Source: an uncultured Candidatus Micrarchaeota archaeon (GTDB lineage: Archaea > Micrarchaeota > Micrarchaeia > Micrarchaeales > Micrarchaeaceae). From it: a stretch of 64,000 bases of DNA. The position numbers were made by a program, and so were the translations under genes. Within the stretch, counting starts at the first letter, position 1, and every line of letters starts with the position of its first letter. Below the pieces are notes generated by a model. The model saw only the letters and a list, made by a program, of their open reading frames with translations, did not search any database and was not told the DNA's origin. The stretch spans positions 192,001 through 256,000 of the forward strand of contig CAVUGN010000002.1 of the NCBI GenBank assembly GCA_963741095.1, in the 5' to 3' direction. This document shows positions 39,012 through 49,080 of this stretch, one piece after another.

Positions 39012-40277
39012 ATGGTCGAAGAACTAAACCCTTTCAAAATAGCACAGAGCCAGTTGGACGAAGCTGCAGGCATAATGGGCCTCGACAAACAGGCCCACGC
39101 GATACTCAGGGAGCCGATGAGAACCGTGGTCGCAAACATACCCGTCAAGATGAGAAACGGAACCACAAAGACCTTCACCGGCTTCCGCGTCATGTACAAC
39201 AACGCAAGAGGGCCGGGGAAGGGGGGAATCCGTTTTCACCCGCAGGAGAATCTCGACACGGTCAAAGCACTCTCCGCATGGATGACCTGGAAATGTTCGC
39301 TTGCAAACATACCGTTCGGCGGTGCGAAGGGCGGAGTCATCTGCGACACCAAGACAATGAACCCGCAGGAACTCGAGAACCTTTCAAGAGCGTATCTTCG
39401 CGCATTCAAAAACGTCATCGGCCCGAACATAGACGTTCCTGCACCTGATGTCTACACCACGCCGCAGATAATGGCGTGGATGATGGACGAGTACAGCCGA
39501 ATGGCTGGACAAGATGAATTCGGAATGATAACCGGGAAGCCTCTAGAAATCTGGGGCTCTGAAGGCCGGTTCGATTCTACCGCATTGGGTGGCATGTATG
39601 TTCTCAGGGAAGCAGCAAAGCTGAAGAAGATGAACCTGAAGAATGCAAAAGTTGTGGTGCAAGGGTTCGGCAACGCCGGAACCTTCGCCTTCGACCTTTC
39701 GACGAAGATGTTCGGCGCGAAGGTCGTTGCGATAAGCGACTCGACCGGCGGGGTGTACTCGGAAAAGGGTCTCGATTACGCCAAGCTGAAAAAAGCAAAG
39801 GATGAGACTGGCAGCGTTCAGGGCTACAAAGGAGCGCAGAGCGTGACCAACGAGGAACTTCTGGAGCTCGATGCGGATGTGCTGATACCTGCGGCTATAG
39901 AGAACCAGATAACACAGAAGAACGCGAGCAAGATAAACGCAAAAATACTACTGGAGCTTGCGAACGGCCCGGTCACCCCTTCAGCAGATGAGATACTGAT
40001 CCAAAATGGCGTTTTCGACCTGCCTGATTTCCTGGTAAATTCCGGGGGTGTGATAGTCTCATACTTCGAGTGGGCGCAGAACAGGGGCGGATACTACTGG
40101 CGCGAGGACGAAGTCTACAACAAGCTGGACACGATAATAACGAAGTCCTTCAACGACATGATCCGGACGCAGAAGGATTACGCGGGCAAGGGCAAAAAGA
40201 TAAGCCCGAGGATGGCTGCCTACATAATCGCAGTGGGCAGAGTCGCCAGCGCGATGAAGGTCAGAGGCTGGTACTGA
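39012..40277 (+). CDS. gdhA: Glutamate dehydrogenase (NAD(P)-dependent)
   Basis: GPGKGGIRFHP, MTWK, GGAKGG, VPAPDV.T, QGFGNAG, ELANGP, GGVIVSYFEW. Confidence 0.95.
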   Translation: MVEELNPFKIAQSQLDEAAGIMGLDKQAHAILREPMRTVVANIPVKMRNGTTKTFTGFRVMYNNARGPGKGGIRFHPQENLDTVKALSAWMTWKCSLANIPFGGAKGGVICDTKTMNPQELENLSRAYLRAFKNVIGPNIDVPAPDVYTTPQIMAWMMDEYSRMAGQDEFGMITGKPLEIWGSEGRFDSTALGGMYVLREAAKLKKMNLKNAKVVVQGFGNAGTFAFDLSTKMFGAKVVAISDSTGGVYSEKGLDYAKLKKAKDETGSVQGYKGAQSVTNEELLELDADVLIPAAIENQITQKNASKINAKILLELANGPVTPSADEILIQNGVFDLPDFLVNSGGVIVSYFEWAQNRGGYYWREDEVYNKLDTIITKSFNDMIRTQKDYAGKGKKISPRMAAYIIAVGRVASAMKVRGWY

Positions 40278-40845
40278 CACCCTTCTTGGAAAGGAACTTT
40301 TTCACACTGCGCATCAGCTTGGCCGATGTGGTGCGGTCCGTAAACAGTATGCGGAACCATCCGGTGTAAGTTTCGGGATTCTTGCTGACATCATCCTTCA
40401 GGAATTCCATGGTGGCCCACTTCCAGTCCTTCGCCTCTTCTGGGCTCGGTTCGGGCTCGCCATCGTACATGCCGAACATCACGTGGTCGAACTCCCATTC
40501 GGTCAGGCCGTTGCCGACCGCGGTCTTGTAAATGAACGAAAATACCTCTTCCATCTCGCAGTCGAAGCCCATCTCCTGCTCCAATCGGCGATGCGCTGCA
40601 TCTACGGCGCTCTCGCCCTTGAACGGGTGCGAGCAGCAGGTGTTGGTCCATAAACCCTGAGAATGGTACTTGGTTTCTGCCCTCTGCTGGAGCATGGTCT
40701 GGCCTTCTTTGTTGAATACGAATACGGATATCGCCCGGTGCAGAGTGCCGCCGTTCTGGTGCGCCTTCATTTTTTCCTCCAGGCCAACCTCGTTGTCGTG
40801 ATCGTCGACGAGAAGCACCATCTGCTTGACGTTCTCCTTTGCCAT
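40261..40845 (-). CDS. idi: Type 1 isopentenyl-diphosphate delta-isomerase (Nudix fold)
   Basis: K..AH, LHRAISVF, QQRA..KY, WTNTCCSHP, RRL..EMG, EWEFDHV. Confidence 0.93.
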   Translation of the reverse strand: MAKENVKQMVLLVDDHDNEVGLEEKMKAHQNGGTLHRAISVFVFNKEGQTMLQQRAETKYHSQGLWTNTCCSHPFKGESAVDAAHRRLEQEMGFDCEMEEVFSFIYKTAVGNGLTEWEFDHVMFGMYDGEPEPSPEEAKDWKWATMEFLKDDVSKNPETYTGWFRILFTDRTTSAKLMRSVKKFLSKKGVSTSL

Positions 40846-40894
40846 CCTAGCACCAATTTACACTGGGCAGGCAAAAACTAAAAAGCTGCGCAAG

Positions 40895-40978
40895 TACAAC
40901 GACGCAAGTCGTTGTATCCATGCGCTACTCCACGCAGTAATGACTAATTAATTGCATAGATACGAATATTTAAATATT
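40895..40978. promoter_or_regulatory. Perfect hairpin (40895-40916) and 14-bp palindrome AATATTTAAATATT (40965-40978) over the putative TATA box upstream of the secretion-like operon
   Basis: TACAACGAC-GCAA-GTCGTTGTA; the palindrome contains TTTAAATA. Confidence 0.5.
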
Positions 40979-41055
40979 TATCTGAGTAAAATAGTTATAC
41001 TAAAGTAAAAGATGAAGTAGCTGATTACATAAAGAATGTTTTGTGGGTGAGTGAA

Positions 41056-41412
41056 TTGGGATATGGATACAAAATCGCAAAGTACGTAACGATACCTCTG
41101 ATGGCATTGGCGCTCTCAACCAGGAGCGTCACTGCGGCGTCCGCGCCCGTGGTGTCTGAGATAAACAGCATAAAGTTGGTACTCATGCAGGTTGGACCGG
41201 CACTGAGCGCAGTGCTCTTTGTGCTTGCCGGCATATTCTATGCTATAGGCCAGATGCTGCCGCCCGACAAAAAGGCAAATTTCCATACCGCGGCAGTCAA
41301 CATAATAATTGGCGCTGTGGTTGTCGGTGCGCTGAGCGTTGCGTCGACTTCGCTTGCCATTGCTTCTACGCATTTGATCGGGAACCTGACCGCAATCAAT
41401 TCAAGCATCTAA
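41056..41412 (+). CDS. Small membrane protein, VirB2/TrbC/CedA1-like pilin candidate
   Basis: Signal-like N-terminus, then two hydrophobic helices joined by a short basic loop (PPDKKA); first gene of an operon with VirB4-like ATPases. Confidence 0.55.
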   Translation: MGYGYKIAKYVTIPLMALALSTRSVTAASAPVVSEINSIKLVLMQVGPALSAVLFVLAGIFYAIGQMLPPDKKANFHTAAVNIIIGAVVVGALSVASTSLAIASTHLIGNLTAINSSI

Positions 41413-41424
41413 CAAGGTTTCTAC

Positions 41425-42474
41425 ATGAGCGGCGTTGGCATCTATGGCGTGTCCGTAGGCATAATAGCAATAATGCTTGCGGTCTCGGGCATTGTTCTTG
41501 GCCTAGGATATGCGCTTGACGACAAAAGGCTGAAGGAATTCGGGCGCGACGAGCTGCTCCAATCCCTGATAAACGGCGCGATAGTCGGCTTCCTCTTCGT
41601 GGCATTCGGCAGTTCCGGATTCTTCACGCTTCTGGTGAACTCGCTCGCGAGCAGCCAATCCGTTGTGGCCTCGTGCCCTGCGTCAATCAATGCAAACTAC
41701 GCCATATGCTTCGCCTACAACTACCTCGTCGGCGTCTCCCCGGTCCGCATAAACGGGGCAAGCTACCCCTCCCTGATGGATGTGTCTTTGCCGTTGCTCG
41801 TTGGCGTATCCGCCTCTTACACCGCGCTTAGCCTCATAGGATCCATGCAATTCAGTATCGGGGTGTTCAGCATAAGCCTGACGAGTGCGCTTTCGCCGCT
41901 TCTGACGCAACTCAGCTACCTGATGAACGTGCTTACCTTCGCAATAACCGGCATAGAGGTGCAGGCAATACTGCTCGAGTTCATAGCAATAACCGCGGTG
42001 CCCGTGCTGTTGCCCGTGGGCATCGCGCTCAGGGCGCTGTACCTCACACGGAAGCTCGGCGGCGCGATGATAGCGATCACCATAGGGCTTTTCGGCGTCT
42101 TCCCACTGACGTACCTGCTCAACGCCGGGCTCACAAACAGCTATTTCAACACCACAAGCGCGTCCACCACCGATTCGCTTATCTCAAGCCTTGGCACAAT
42201 GAATGACAACCTTATGAACACAGTGTCCAGCGCAAGCACCTCGCAGAACAGCACGGTGCGCAACGGCATGCTAAATTCATTGTCGGGCACCATAAGCGGG
42301 CTGATGGGCGGCGCCGAGACAATCATAAAGGAACTCCTAAACGTTATCGCCTTCCTGATAATCGACATCTTCTTCCTCCCGGTTTTCAGCCTTATACTCA
42401 CCGCGATATCTATCAGGGAATTCGCAAGGATACTCGGCTCAGAGGTGTCCTTCGGGAAACTGTTCATATACTAG
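41425..42474 (+). CDS. Polytopic membrane protein, VirB6/CedA-like candidate
   Basis: About 6-7 TM segments; LLP.GI.LR....TRKLGG..IAI.IGL motif; extracellular Cys pair. Confidence 0.55.
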   Translation: MSGVGIYGVSVGIIAIMLAVSGIVLGLGYALDDKRLKEFGRDELLQSLINGAIVGFLFVAFGSSGFFTLLVNSLASSQSVVASCPASINANYAICFAYNYLVGVSPVRINGASYPSLMDVSLPLLVGVSASYTALSLIGSMQFSIGVFSISLTSALSPLLTQLSYLMNVLTFAITGIEVQAILLEFIAITAVPVLLPVGIALRALYLTRKLGGAMIAITIGLFGVFPLTYLLNAGLTNSYFNTTSASTTDSLISSLGTMNDNLMNTVSSASTSQNSTVRNGMLNSLSGTISGLMGGAETIIKELLNVIAFLIIDIFFLPVFSLILTAISIREFARILGSEVSFGKLFIY

Positions 42475-42481
42475 TGGTCGC

Positions 42482-43204
42482 TTGAACGATGTGATCTTTT
42501 ATGGAATGCTTGCCGCGGTGCTGATCCTATCATTGTCAAGCCTCCTGAGCCTTAACGTCTTCCTGATCGCACTGAGCCTGTTGGCCGTGCTTACGTTGAT
42601 CCTGACGCAAAAACTTTGGTTCGTGGTCGAGGCCTTGGTGTTCAAGCACACAAGCCTCATACAAGTGCTTGGCGATCAGCAACTGAGCGGAGACCGTTCG
42701 GCCGCCATAAGGCGGGCGAAGGGCGGGTTTGTTGCAACAACAATGGCCCTCCTCAGGGGCGATGCCCGGGAGAATGTGGACCGGGAAAAGATAGAGGCGA
42801 TAATAGCGCACCTGAACTACCCATTCCGGTTTGTGCTTGACGTAAAACGGCTTGACGCAAACAAACTACTCGATAAGCTCCAAACCAAAAGAAGCCTCAA
42901 GGAGATAGCCCTTTCAAAAATGAGCGCAAACGGTCCGAGCGCCGCAAAAATGAGCGCGATCAAGCGTGAGATAGAAGAGATAGAGCGGGACATAAGCAAC
43001 ATAAGCGCGAGCACGCCCGTGAGCCTTGCAAGGTACATAGCCACCAGCGCAAAATCCGAAAGCCGATTTGCAGCAGAAGAGCATGCAAAATCCCAGATAA
43101 GGGCACTTGCAAGCGAATTCGGCACGCTGCTCAACTCGGAGGCTCAAATATTGGCTGGCACCGACCTGCTGGAATGCCTTGAAATCGATTCGATGGTCCG
43201 ATGA
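42482..43204 (+). CDS. Membrane-anchored coiled-coil protein (possibly equivalent to a VirB3/PrgI or VirB4 N-terminal module)
   Basis: Two N-terminal TM segments, central coiled coil; stop overlaps the ATPase start. Confidence 0.5.
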   Translation: MNDVIFYGMLAAVLILSLSSLLSLNVFLIALSLLAVLTLILTQKLWFVVEALVFKHTSLIQVLGDQQLSGDRSAAIRRAKGGFVATTMALLRGDARENVDREKIEAIIAHLNYPFRFVLDVKRLDANKLLDKLQTKRSLKEIALSKMSANGPSAAKMSAIKREIEEIERDISNISASTPVSLARYIATSAKSESRFAAEEHAKSQIRALASEFGTLLNSEAQILAGTDLLECLEIDSMVR

Positions 43205-44583
43205 GCGCAAACTTCATATCCAATTCGGGCGTTGTCGCGGGATGCGTGTGCATGTCTGCAATGTCTGAGCCGCAAGCAGAGCAAAGCGAAGCTGGGGTGT
43301 ACCTGGGCAACACAAAGATCTATCGCACGCCCTTCTATCTGGACACAACAAAATTGGTAAACCCCCACGTGGTGGTGCTCGGGATGTCCGGCTCCGGAAA
43401 GACCTACCTCCTGAAAAGCATCGTGGCAAGAAGCCGGATGTACAATTCAACAAGAGTTCTTGTGGTGGATTGGAACGGGGAATACAAGGAGCTTGTGTCC
43501 TTCCTGGGCGGCAAGACGCTACGGCTGGGTGCGGATTCGCGCATGAACATGTTTGAACTATTCGATGTCGGAAAAGACAAAGGCGCCAGGGCCGTACTCG
43601 ATGCAATGGACAAGATAGTCAGATTCAACCGAAAAGAGCGCGCAATCGTATACCGGTTTATGCTCGATTCAACAAAAAGCGCGAATGCGGCTCTGAACCT
43701 AAAAATGCTGATAAAGCAGCTCAATGTCGATCCACAGAACACCTATGCCGATTCAAAGCTTAGGCAGCTTATGGGAAATCCCCTTTTTGCCGACCACACC
43801 AATTTCGACATCAAGAGCATTCTGGACGGGGTTACCAGCATAGACCTCTCCGGTTTAAAGGATGACGGGCAAAGGGGCGAGGTGGCCAGGGCCGTACTCG
43901 GCATACTGATCAGGGCGATGCATCGTTCAGAAATGACCAGCTCTGCCAGGACCCTCATAGTGCTCGACGAGGGGTGGCGCCTGCTTGGAGATTCGGAAGA
44001 AGTTTCAACCCTATTCAGGGAGGGACGAAAGTACGGGTTTGGCCTTGCAATTGCAACCCAACTGGCAAAGGATGTGAACAACGAAGCGATGGCAAACGCG
44101 GCTTTTATCGCCATTTTCAAGCTCCAGAGCGGCGAGGATTATGACCTATTGACCGAGGCTGGAATCATATCCGGAAACGACATCCCGCTATTGTCTGGAT
44201 TGGACGTGGGCAAATGCATGATCCGCCTGGCGAAGAAAGAATCTTCAGAAGATGCAAGAAAATTTCTCATGGGCAGGATAGAAGGTGTGCACACTGAAAT
44301 TTACAATCTTGTGTGTGAGCGTATGGACATCTCTGTTTCAGGAAGAAAATTCCTCGAGGAGACGGAAAGGCTGACTGCAAACATCGAAACAAAAAGCAGG
44401 ATAATCGATTTTGCGAACGAGAATGGGCGAAACATCGATCTAACCGCTTTGGTAAAGTTAACGCTCCGATTGGGCATGAAACGGCCCGAAATAGTGCCGT
44501 ACTTGAAGGCGCTGGGGGTGGACGACCTATCAATAATCAAATCGTGTGAGGCAGCCGATTTTGCGGCTCTAGAATTCATGTGA
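43201..44583 (+). CDS. VirB4/HerA/FtsK-superfamily ATPase (CedB-like)
   Basis: NPHVVVLGMSGSGKT, VDWNGEY, Walker B LIVLDEGW, REGRKYG, ATQ. Confidence 0.85.
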   Translation: MSANFISNSGVVAGCVCMSAMSEPQAEQSEAGVYLGNTKIYRTPFYLDTTKLVNPHVVVLGMSGSGKTYLLKSIVARSRMYNSTRVLVVDWNGEYKELVSFLGGKTLRLGADSRMNMFELFDVGKDKGARAVLDAMDKIVRFNRKERAIVYRFMLDSTKSANAALNLKMLIKQLNVDPQNTYADSKLRQLMGNPLFADHTNFDIKSILDGVTSIDLSGLKDDGQRGEVARAVLGILIRAMHRSEMTSSARTLIVLDEGWRLLGDSEEVSTLFREGRKYGFGLAIATQLAKDVNNEAMANAAFIAIFKLQSGEDYDLLTEAGIISGNDIPLLSGLDVGKCMIRLAKKESSEDARKFLMGRIEGVHTEIYNLVCERMDISVSGRKFLEETERLTANIETKSRIIDFANENGRNIDLTALVKLTLRLGMKRPEIVPYLKALGVDDLSIIKSCEAADFAALEFM

Positions 44584-44587
44584 TGCC

Positions 44588-45268
44588 GTGGAAAATGACA
44601 ATACGCTGATATGCGGCGCTTTTCATGCTCGTGCAGAGCCGCGCAGCTCCCTCATTGACATACGAAACGCTATGAAAGGCATGCCGGAAGCGAAACACAC
44701 CTCAACGGGCACAAGAATGTTATACTCCATCGGAGTGGCTGGCGACCGAAATGCACCAGAAGCGATGCTAGAACTGGCGCCCAAAGGGATAACCTTTACC
44801 TTCTATTTCAAAGAACCAAATCATCGTGTGTATAAACACAACCTGCTTCGATTCCTTTCGATCCTGGCGTACTTGAAAGACGAATACTCCGTGGACATCA
44901 GCGAAATCTACGGTTATGTGATAGAAGCACTGAGATACGAAGATTACACGTTGACACAAGAAGCCGCCAGCATCGTCTACCAACCGAACGAACGCATGGA
45001 CGTGCTTAACCGTGTGAACGTTTCGCTATCCCACGAGCTTTCATTGAAAAACGAGCGCATCAGAACGATGGACAAGCAGCTTGCTGCATACTTCTCTTTT
45101 AGCAAAAAGCTGATCCAAAAACTTTCAGTAAGCTGCAGCAGCGCGTCCCCCAACACAAATGAAATATTGAAAATTGCCGGAATAGATGAGGGTCTCGCAA
45201 AAGATATTCTACTGTTGATCGATGGAAACATCGGTGGCGACAAAAAAGATGGCGATAAACATGATTAA
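44588..45268 (+). CDS. Hypothetical protein with a coiled-coil segment
   Basis: Co-oriented; RBS GTGA 4 nt before GTG start. Confidence 0.6.
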   Translation: MENDNTLICGAFHARAEPRSSLIDIRNAMKGMPEAKHTSTGTRMLYSIGVAGDRNAPEAMLELAPKGITFTFYFKEPNHRVYKHNLLRFLSILAYLKDEYSVDISEIYGYVIEALRYEDYTLTQEAASIVYQPNERMDVLNRVNVSLSHELSLKNERIRTMDKQLAAYFSFSKKLIQKLSVSCSSASPNTNEILKIAGIDEGLAKDILLLIDGNIGGDKKDGDKHD

Positions 45269-45965
45269 TCTTGACTTCATGCTCTATGCTGCAAGTCCAA
45301 ACGCGTACAATGGCAGTTATTACGCGCTACTGATACCAATCGGTGCAATAATCTTCTTATTAATCAAGGAGATGTCCGATTTTGATTCGGTAAACAAAGG
45401 AATATCAATTCGAACCTGTTGCGAAGCAGAACACGCCGAAGTGATCAAAGTCGACAAGAAACTCTTCCAAGCCGTTCTGAATCGCACCAAAAGACTAGAC
45501 GATGGTACGCTTGCCGTTAAAGATATGGCCGTGAACCTTGGCACATTCGCCAACACGATGTCTGCAGAAATAGGGGCGACCTCCCGTACAGATCCGATCC
45601 GATACACAAAACTGATAAAAAACTGCAACAAGGTCGTACATGGAAACCTAATCTGCTTTTCGGATACGCCCTACCTGGAAGCCAATGCAAGATCATACTA
45701 TGACTGGGCAATCAAAAACAGCACGATAAAAATAAAAAAGAGATCGAACGCCAAAAATTTCCTAGATTCGTGCGGATTTGTATGCTATGCTGAACTTTGC
45801 CAGGATTCGATCAGACCCGGGGCAAAAACAAAAGATGTGAAGATAGGCGTCCTAAACAAAGCGGAGTTAGGCGCCATGTCCTGTTTAGAAAGCTTATACG
45901 ACAAGGGTAGTGCATTGCTGTTGTTGCAGAAACTAAACAAAACAGTGCAGGTGATTAACTGCTGA
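45261..45965 (+). CDS. Hypothetical protein with an N-terminal TM anchor
   Basis: YYALLIPIGAIIFLLI; overlaps neighbouring genes. Confidence 0.55.
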   Translation: MINLDFMLYAASPNAYNGSYYALLIPIGAIIFLLIKEMSDFDSVNKGISIRTCCEAEHAEVIKVDKKLFQAVLNRTKRLDDGTLAVKDMAVNLGTFANTMSAEIGATSRTDPIRYTKLIKNCNKVVHGNLICFSDTPYLEANARSYYDWAIKNSTIKIKKRSNAKNFLDSCGFVCYAELCQDSIRPGAKTKDVKIGVLNKAELGAMSCLESLYDKGSALLLLQKLNKTVQVINC

Positions 45966-46147
45966 ACTTTGCGAAATATTTTGCTAAGATTGGGCTTTCC
46001 ATTGCCCTGTTGCTGTTTAATGCTGGTGCCATATCCCTTCTATCCGGCCATACCCTGGGAGTCAAGCCCCTCAACTCGTTAGCCACGAACATTCTCCTCG
46101 GAGCAACAATACTTACTGCATTTTCAACGCTTGCCTTTATTCTGTGA
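45959..46147 (+). CDS. Small two-TM protein with an apparent CTG start (not in the ORF track)
   Basis: GGTGA RBS, 4 nt, CTG; LLNFAKYFAKIGLSIALLLFNAGAISLLSGHTLGVKPLNSLATNILLGATILTAFSTLAFIL; fills the operon gap exactly. Confidence 0.55.
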   Translation: MLNFAKYFAKIGLSIALLLFNAGAISLLSGHTLGVKPLNSLATNILLGATILTAFSTLAFIL

Positions 46148-46151
46148 TGGT

Positions 46152-46442
46152 ATGCTAAAAAATGTGAAATCATTCTATGCAAAAAACAACGCATACGAGA
46201 TGTTATTCGCATCGTTCACTGCAGGCATAACTGCGTTTTTCATGATTTTTGGCATCACGAAACTTGCAGGATTCCAACCAACCCCCTTCATCGGATATTT
46301 TGCCTCAATTGTTTTGCTTCTTGTCATCCTTTCCACCGCATCAGCGTCAACAAGAAAAGCGTTTGTCATACCAAGAGCATCCAAAGTCCTGCTGCTCGCC
46401 ACGCTTTCAATATCCCTCATAATATTCCACGCGATAATATGA
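46152..46442 (+). CDS. Small three-TM membrane protein
   Basis: Three hydrophobic segments; ATGA overlap with the next ATPase. Confidence 0.6.
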   Translation: MLKNVKSFYAKNNAYEMLFASFTAGITAFFMIFGITKLAGFQPTPFIGYFASIVLLLVILSTASASTRKAFVIPRASKVLLLATLSISLIIFHAII

Positions 46443-48724
46443 CAAACAAACTGCTTTTTTACCAATTTTCCACAATGCCTTCAAAAGGTATTGAAAAGGA
46501 CAAGTTTTTTGCTGGAATTGGCAAAAAAGAGTTCATCCTGGTTTACGACACAACAAACCGCACTACTCTCATGGGCATCCCAGAAGATATAGCAGAAGAT
46601 AAGATCGAAGAACTTCAGAAAATAATTCCTGGCATGACCATGGAAAAGAGCAACAACCCTATCGGGGAATCGCAACTACTTGACGCAATATCTTTTTATA
46701 AAAAGCCGAAAGAGCAAATAACTTATGATGTGCCTGACCCTCACGATATCCACGACGTTTTTGAGCTTGCACGCGGTGATTTTCTCGCGGTAGCATTCAT
46801 ACCTGTTAGCGATAAAGAACTAGACCAAACAAAAAACTATCTTGAGAAAACGCTAAGCAGAAGGAACGTGAAGGAAACCTACTCCGTAATAAAGAATTCG
46901 CTTCAATCACGTGTAAACGTTTCATCACAGCGGGACATGTTTATTGAATCAGAAGAGGCCGTAATGCTCAACGACGTGCTAGAGTCGATTAACAATGCAG
47001 TACTAACCAAAAGCCCAATCTATAAACCTTTTTTTATAGTGCCCTATGGTCCAAGCAAAGTCCGCGAATTCATAAGTACGAGGTTCCTTATACTTGATAC
47101 CTACGAAAGCAATGATTCATTAGAGTTGCTATTGTCGAAGCTGATTAACAAGAAGTCTTTCCCTCTCGGATTAGAGCATCTCAAACCCCTACTTGATCCA
47201 TACGGCGCTCAGAAGCTTAGCTATGCCCTACCAACAATGATGCCTACCCCAAGAAGCGGGATAGCGGTGGGCACATTCATGAAAGACGGGGCTGTAGATA
47301 CCCCTCTCGATATCAAGATAGAACCATCCACGATAAATCTCGGTTTTATCATAACTGGTTTACCTGGCTCCGGCAAAACAACCGAAGCCATGGCAATAAT
47401 CGATACTCTATTAAATGAAAAAAACAGGCCGCGGGTGGTCGTAATAACTCCAACCACTGAATGGGATAAATTTGCTATTTCACATGGCATGTACCTGATC
47501 AAACTATACGATGACAAAACTCCAATAAATCTTTTCAGAAAGCCACCGTGCATAAACCGGGAAAAATTCTACGAGAGTCTTGCAACGGTGCTTTCTAGTG
47601 CGTCTAATGCTGGTCCATACCAAAACCCTATGGAAAAATGTATGCTTAATGCTTTTAGGAAAATTTATGCGAAAGAAGAGGAACCCGACCCAGTAGCAGT
47701 GTATGAAGAAATAGAAAATTCAATAATAGAATTGCATGCAAAAAGGACCAATACGGGTGTGAAATACACAAAACATGGGGAAAACATACGATCCGCACTC
47801 GAAAATCTAAGAAGCATACTATGCAGGCCCGAATTTTCTGTGCAGTCTGGCATAAAAATCGAAGACCTATTGAGTAGTGGAGTTATCTACAACATATCGA
47901 GCGCAAGTGGTACAACAAGAGCGTACCTGTATGCACTCCTCCTGAATCAGATTTATGCAATAACCTCTAGTCTCGATGCAAAAGGCGACGGCGAATTAAG
48001 GTTGCTGGTCTGTCTCGAAGAAGCCCAGACGATGTTCAGTGACAAGGACTCTGCCGCAGTAGTAGACATAAAACAGCGAATACAGGATTTCAGAAGGCAG
48101 GGGGTGGGGCTGATGATATTAACACACAACGTCAATGACATAGATTCTGGAGTAAGACGATTATGCCAATTGAAACTCTACCTAAAACAAGCATCTGATG
48201 TTGCAGTAGTTGCATCAAAGGATCTTGTATTTACGTACGCTAATGAAGATGATGTCACATTGAAATTAAAACTGCTTGATTCTAGAATCGGAGCATTCAG
48301 TTACATTACAAAGTCGGGCTTAGAAAAAATGACGCAGGACACAATATTCATCCGGACTAAAGAGTACAACAACAAGAGTGATAAATCCTATGAAAATCCA
48401 TTAGATTTGCTATTAAAAAATAATCTATTTAAATTATCCTGCAAACTAGATGTGATTGTGCATATAGCTGTAGATAGAACTAATGAGAATGCTTGCCGAA
48501 TTGCGGCGTCAATGTGCACTTTAAAATTTAGATATCTGGGTGAAGTGATAGCAGAGCATTCAATCGAAATGAACCGGGATATAATACAACCCTTGTTTGA
48601 GGGTAAAACATACAAAATCCAGATATTAGATAAAAAAGGAAAAACCATGAAAGAATTTGATCTAAAAGTCAAAGATAAAATATTCATCACAGTATCCGAA
48701 GACCGGATTAATATAAACAACTGA
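46439..48724 (+). CDS. Second VirB4/HerA/VirD4-like ATPase (761 aa)
   Basis: Walker A ITGLPGSGKT, Walker B LVCLEEAQ, FRRQGVGLMILTH; long N-terminal domain. Confidence 0.75.
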   Translation: MTNKLLFYQFSTMPSKGIEKDKFFAGIGKKEFILVYDTTNRTTLMGIPEDIAEDKIEELQKIIPGMTMEKSNNPIGESQLLDAISFYKKPKEQITYDVPDPHDIHDVFELARGDFLAVAFIPVSDKELDQTKNYLEKTLSRRNVKETYSVIKNSLQSRVNVSSQRDMFIESEEAVMLNDVLESINNAVLTKSPIYKPFFIVPYGPSKVREFISTRFLILDTYESNDSLELLLSKLINKKSFPLGLEHLKPLLDPYGAQKLSYALPTMMPTPRSGIAVGTFMKDGAVDTPLDIKIEPSTINLGFIITGLPGSGKTTEAMAIIDTLLNEKNRPRVVVITPTTEWDKFAISHGMYLIKLYDDKTPINLFRKPPCINREKFYESLATVLSSASNAGPYQNPMEKCMLNAFRKIYAKEEEPDPVAVYEEIENSIIELHAKRTNTGVKYTKHGENIRSALENLRSILCRPEFSVQSGIKIEDLLSSGVIYNISSASGTTRAYLYALLLNQIYAITSSLDAKGDGELRLLVCLEEAQTMFSDKDSAAVVDIKQRIQDFRRQGVGLMILTHNVNDIDSGVRRLCQLKLYLKQASDVAVVASKDLVFTYANEDDVTLKLKLLDSRIGAFSYITKSGLEKMTQDTIFIRTKEYNNKSDKSYENPLDLLLKNNLFKLSCKLDVIVHIAVDRTNENACRIAASMCTLKFRYLGEVIAEHSIEMNRDIIQPLFEGKTYKIQILDKKGKTMKEFDLKVKDKIFITVSEDRININN

Positions 48725-48750
48725 TGCAACCCCATAAATTTGCAAGAGTA

Positions 48751-48791
48751 TTTATATTTATCAGTTGATATATTAATCAGTTGATTAATAT
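48751..48791 (+). promoter_or_regulatory. TATA box plus palindromic operator of the wHTH/RelE-like module
   Basis: TTTATAT at 48751; ATCAGTTGAT twice; perfect inverted repeat ATATTAATCA-GT-TGATTAATAT (48770-48791). Confidence 0.65.
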
Positions 48792-49080
48792 GTACCCAAA
48801 AACAACCGTAATCTTCAAACCCAGATTGATTGATCGGTCGCCACGTTTAGAGACAATATTGATGATAGAATCGATGCTTTACTTACACCGAAGTGATAAA
48901 ACTATAACTCAAATTTGGAGATTGTTGCCAAAGAAAGTTATGTGGACCACCTTCACAACAGTTTTAAAATACCTGGAACATTCTGGTAAAATCTATGTTG
49001 AAAAAGACAAAACCATAACATGGCTCTGGGATCCAAAAGGCGTGGAAAAATTCAAGAAAAGTAAGTTAGTGATAAAATAA
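48790..49080 (+). CDS. Small winged-helix protein (putative antitoxin / autoregulator)
   Basis: SPRLETILMIE, TQIW..LPKKVMW.TF..VL.YLE.SGKI, W.W.P. Confidence 0.65.
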   Translation: MYPKTTVIFKPRLIDRSPRLETILMIESMLYLHRSDKTITQIWRLLPKKVMWTTFTTVLKYLEHSGKIYVEKDKTITWLWDPKGVEKFKKSKLVIK

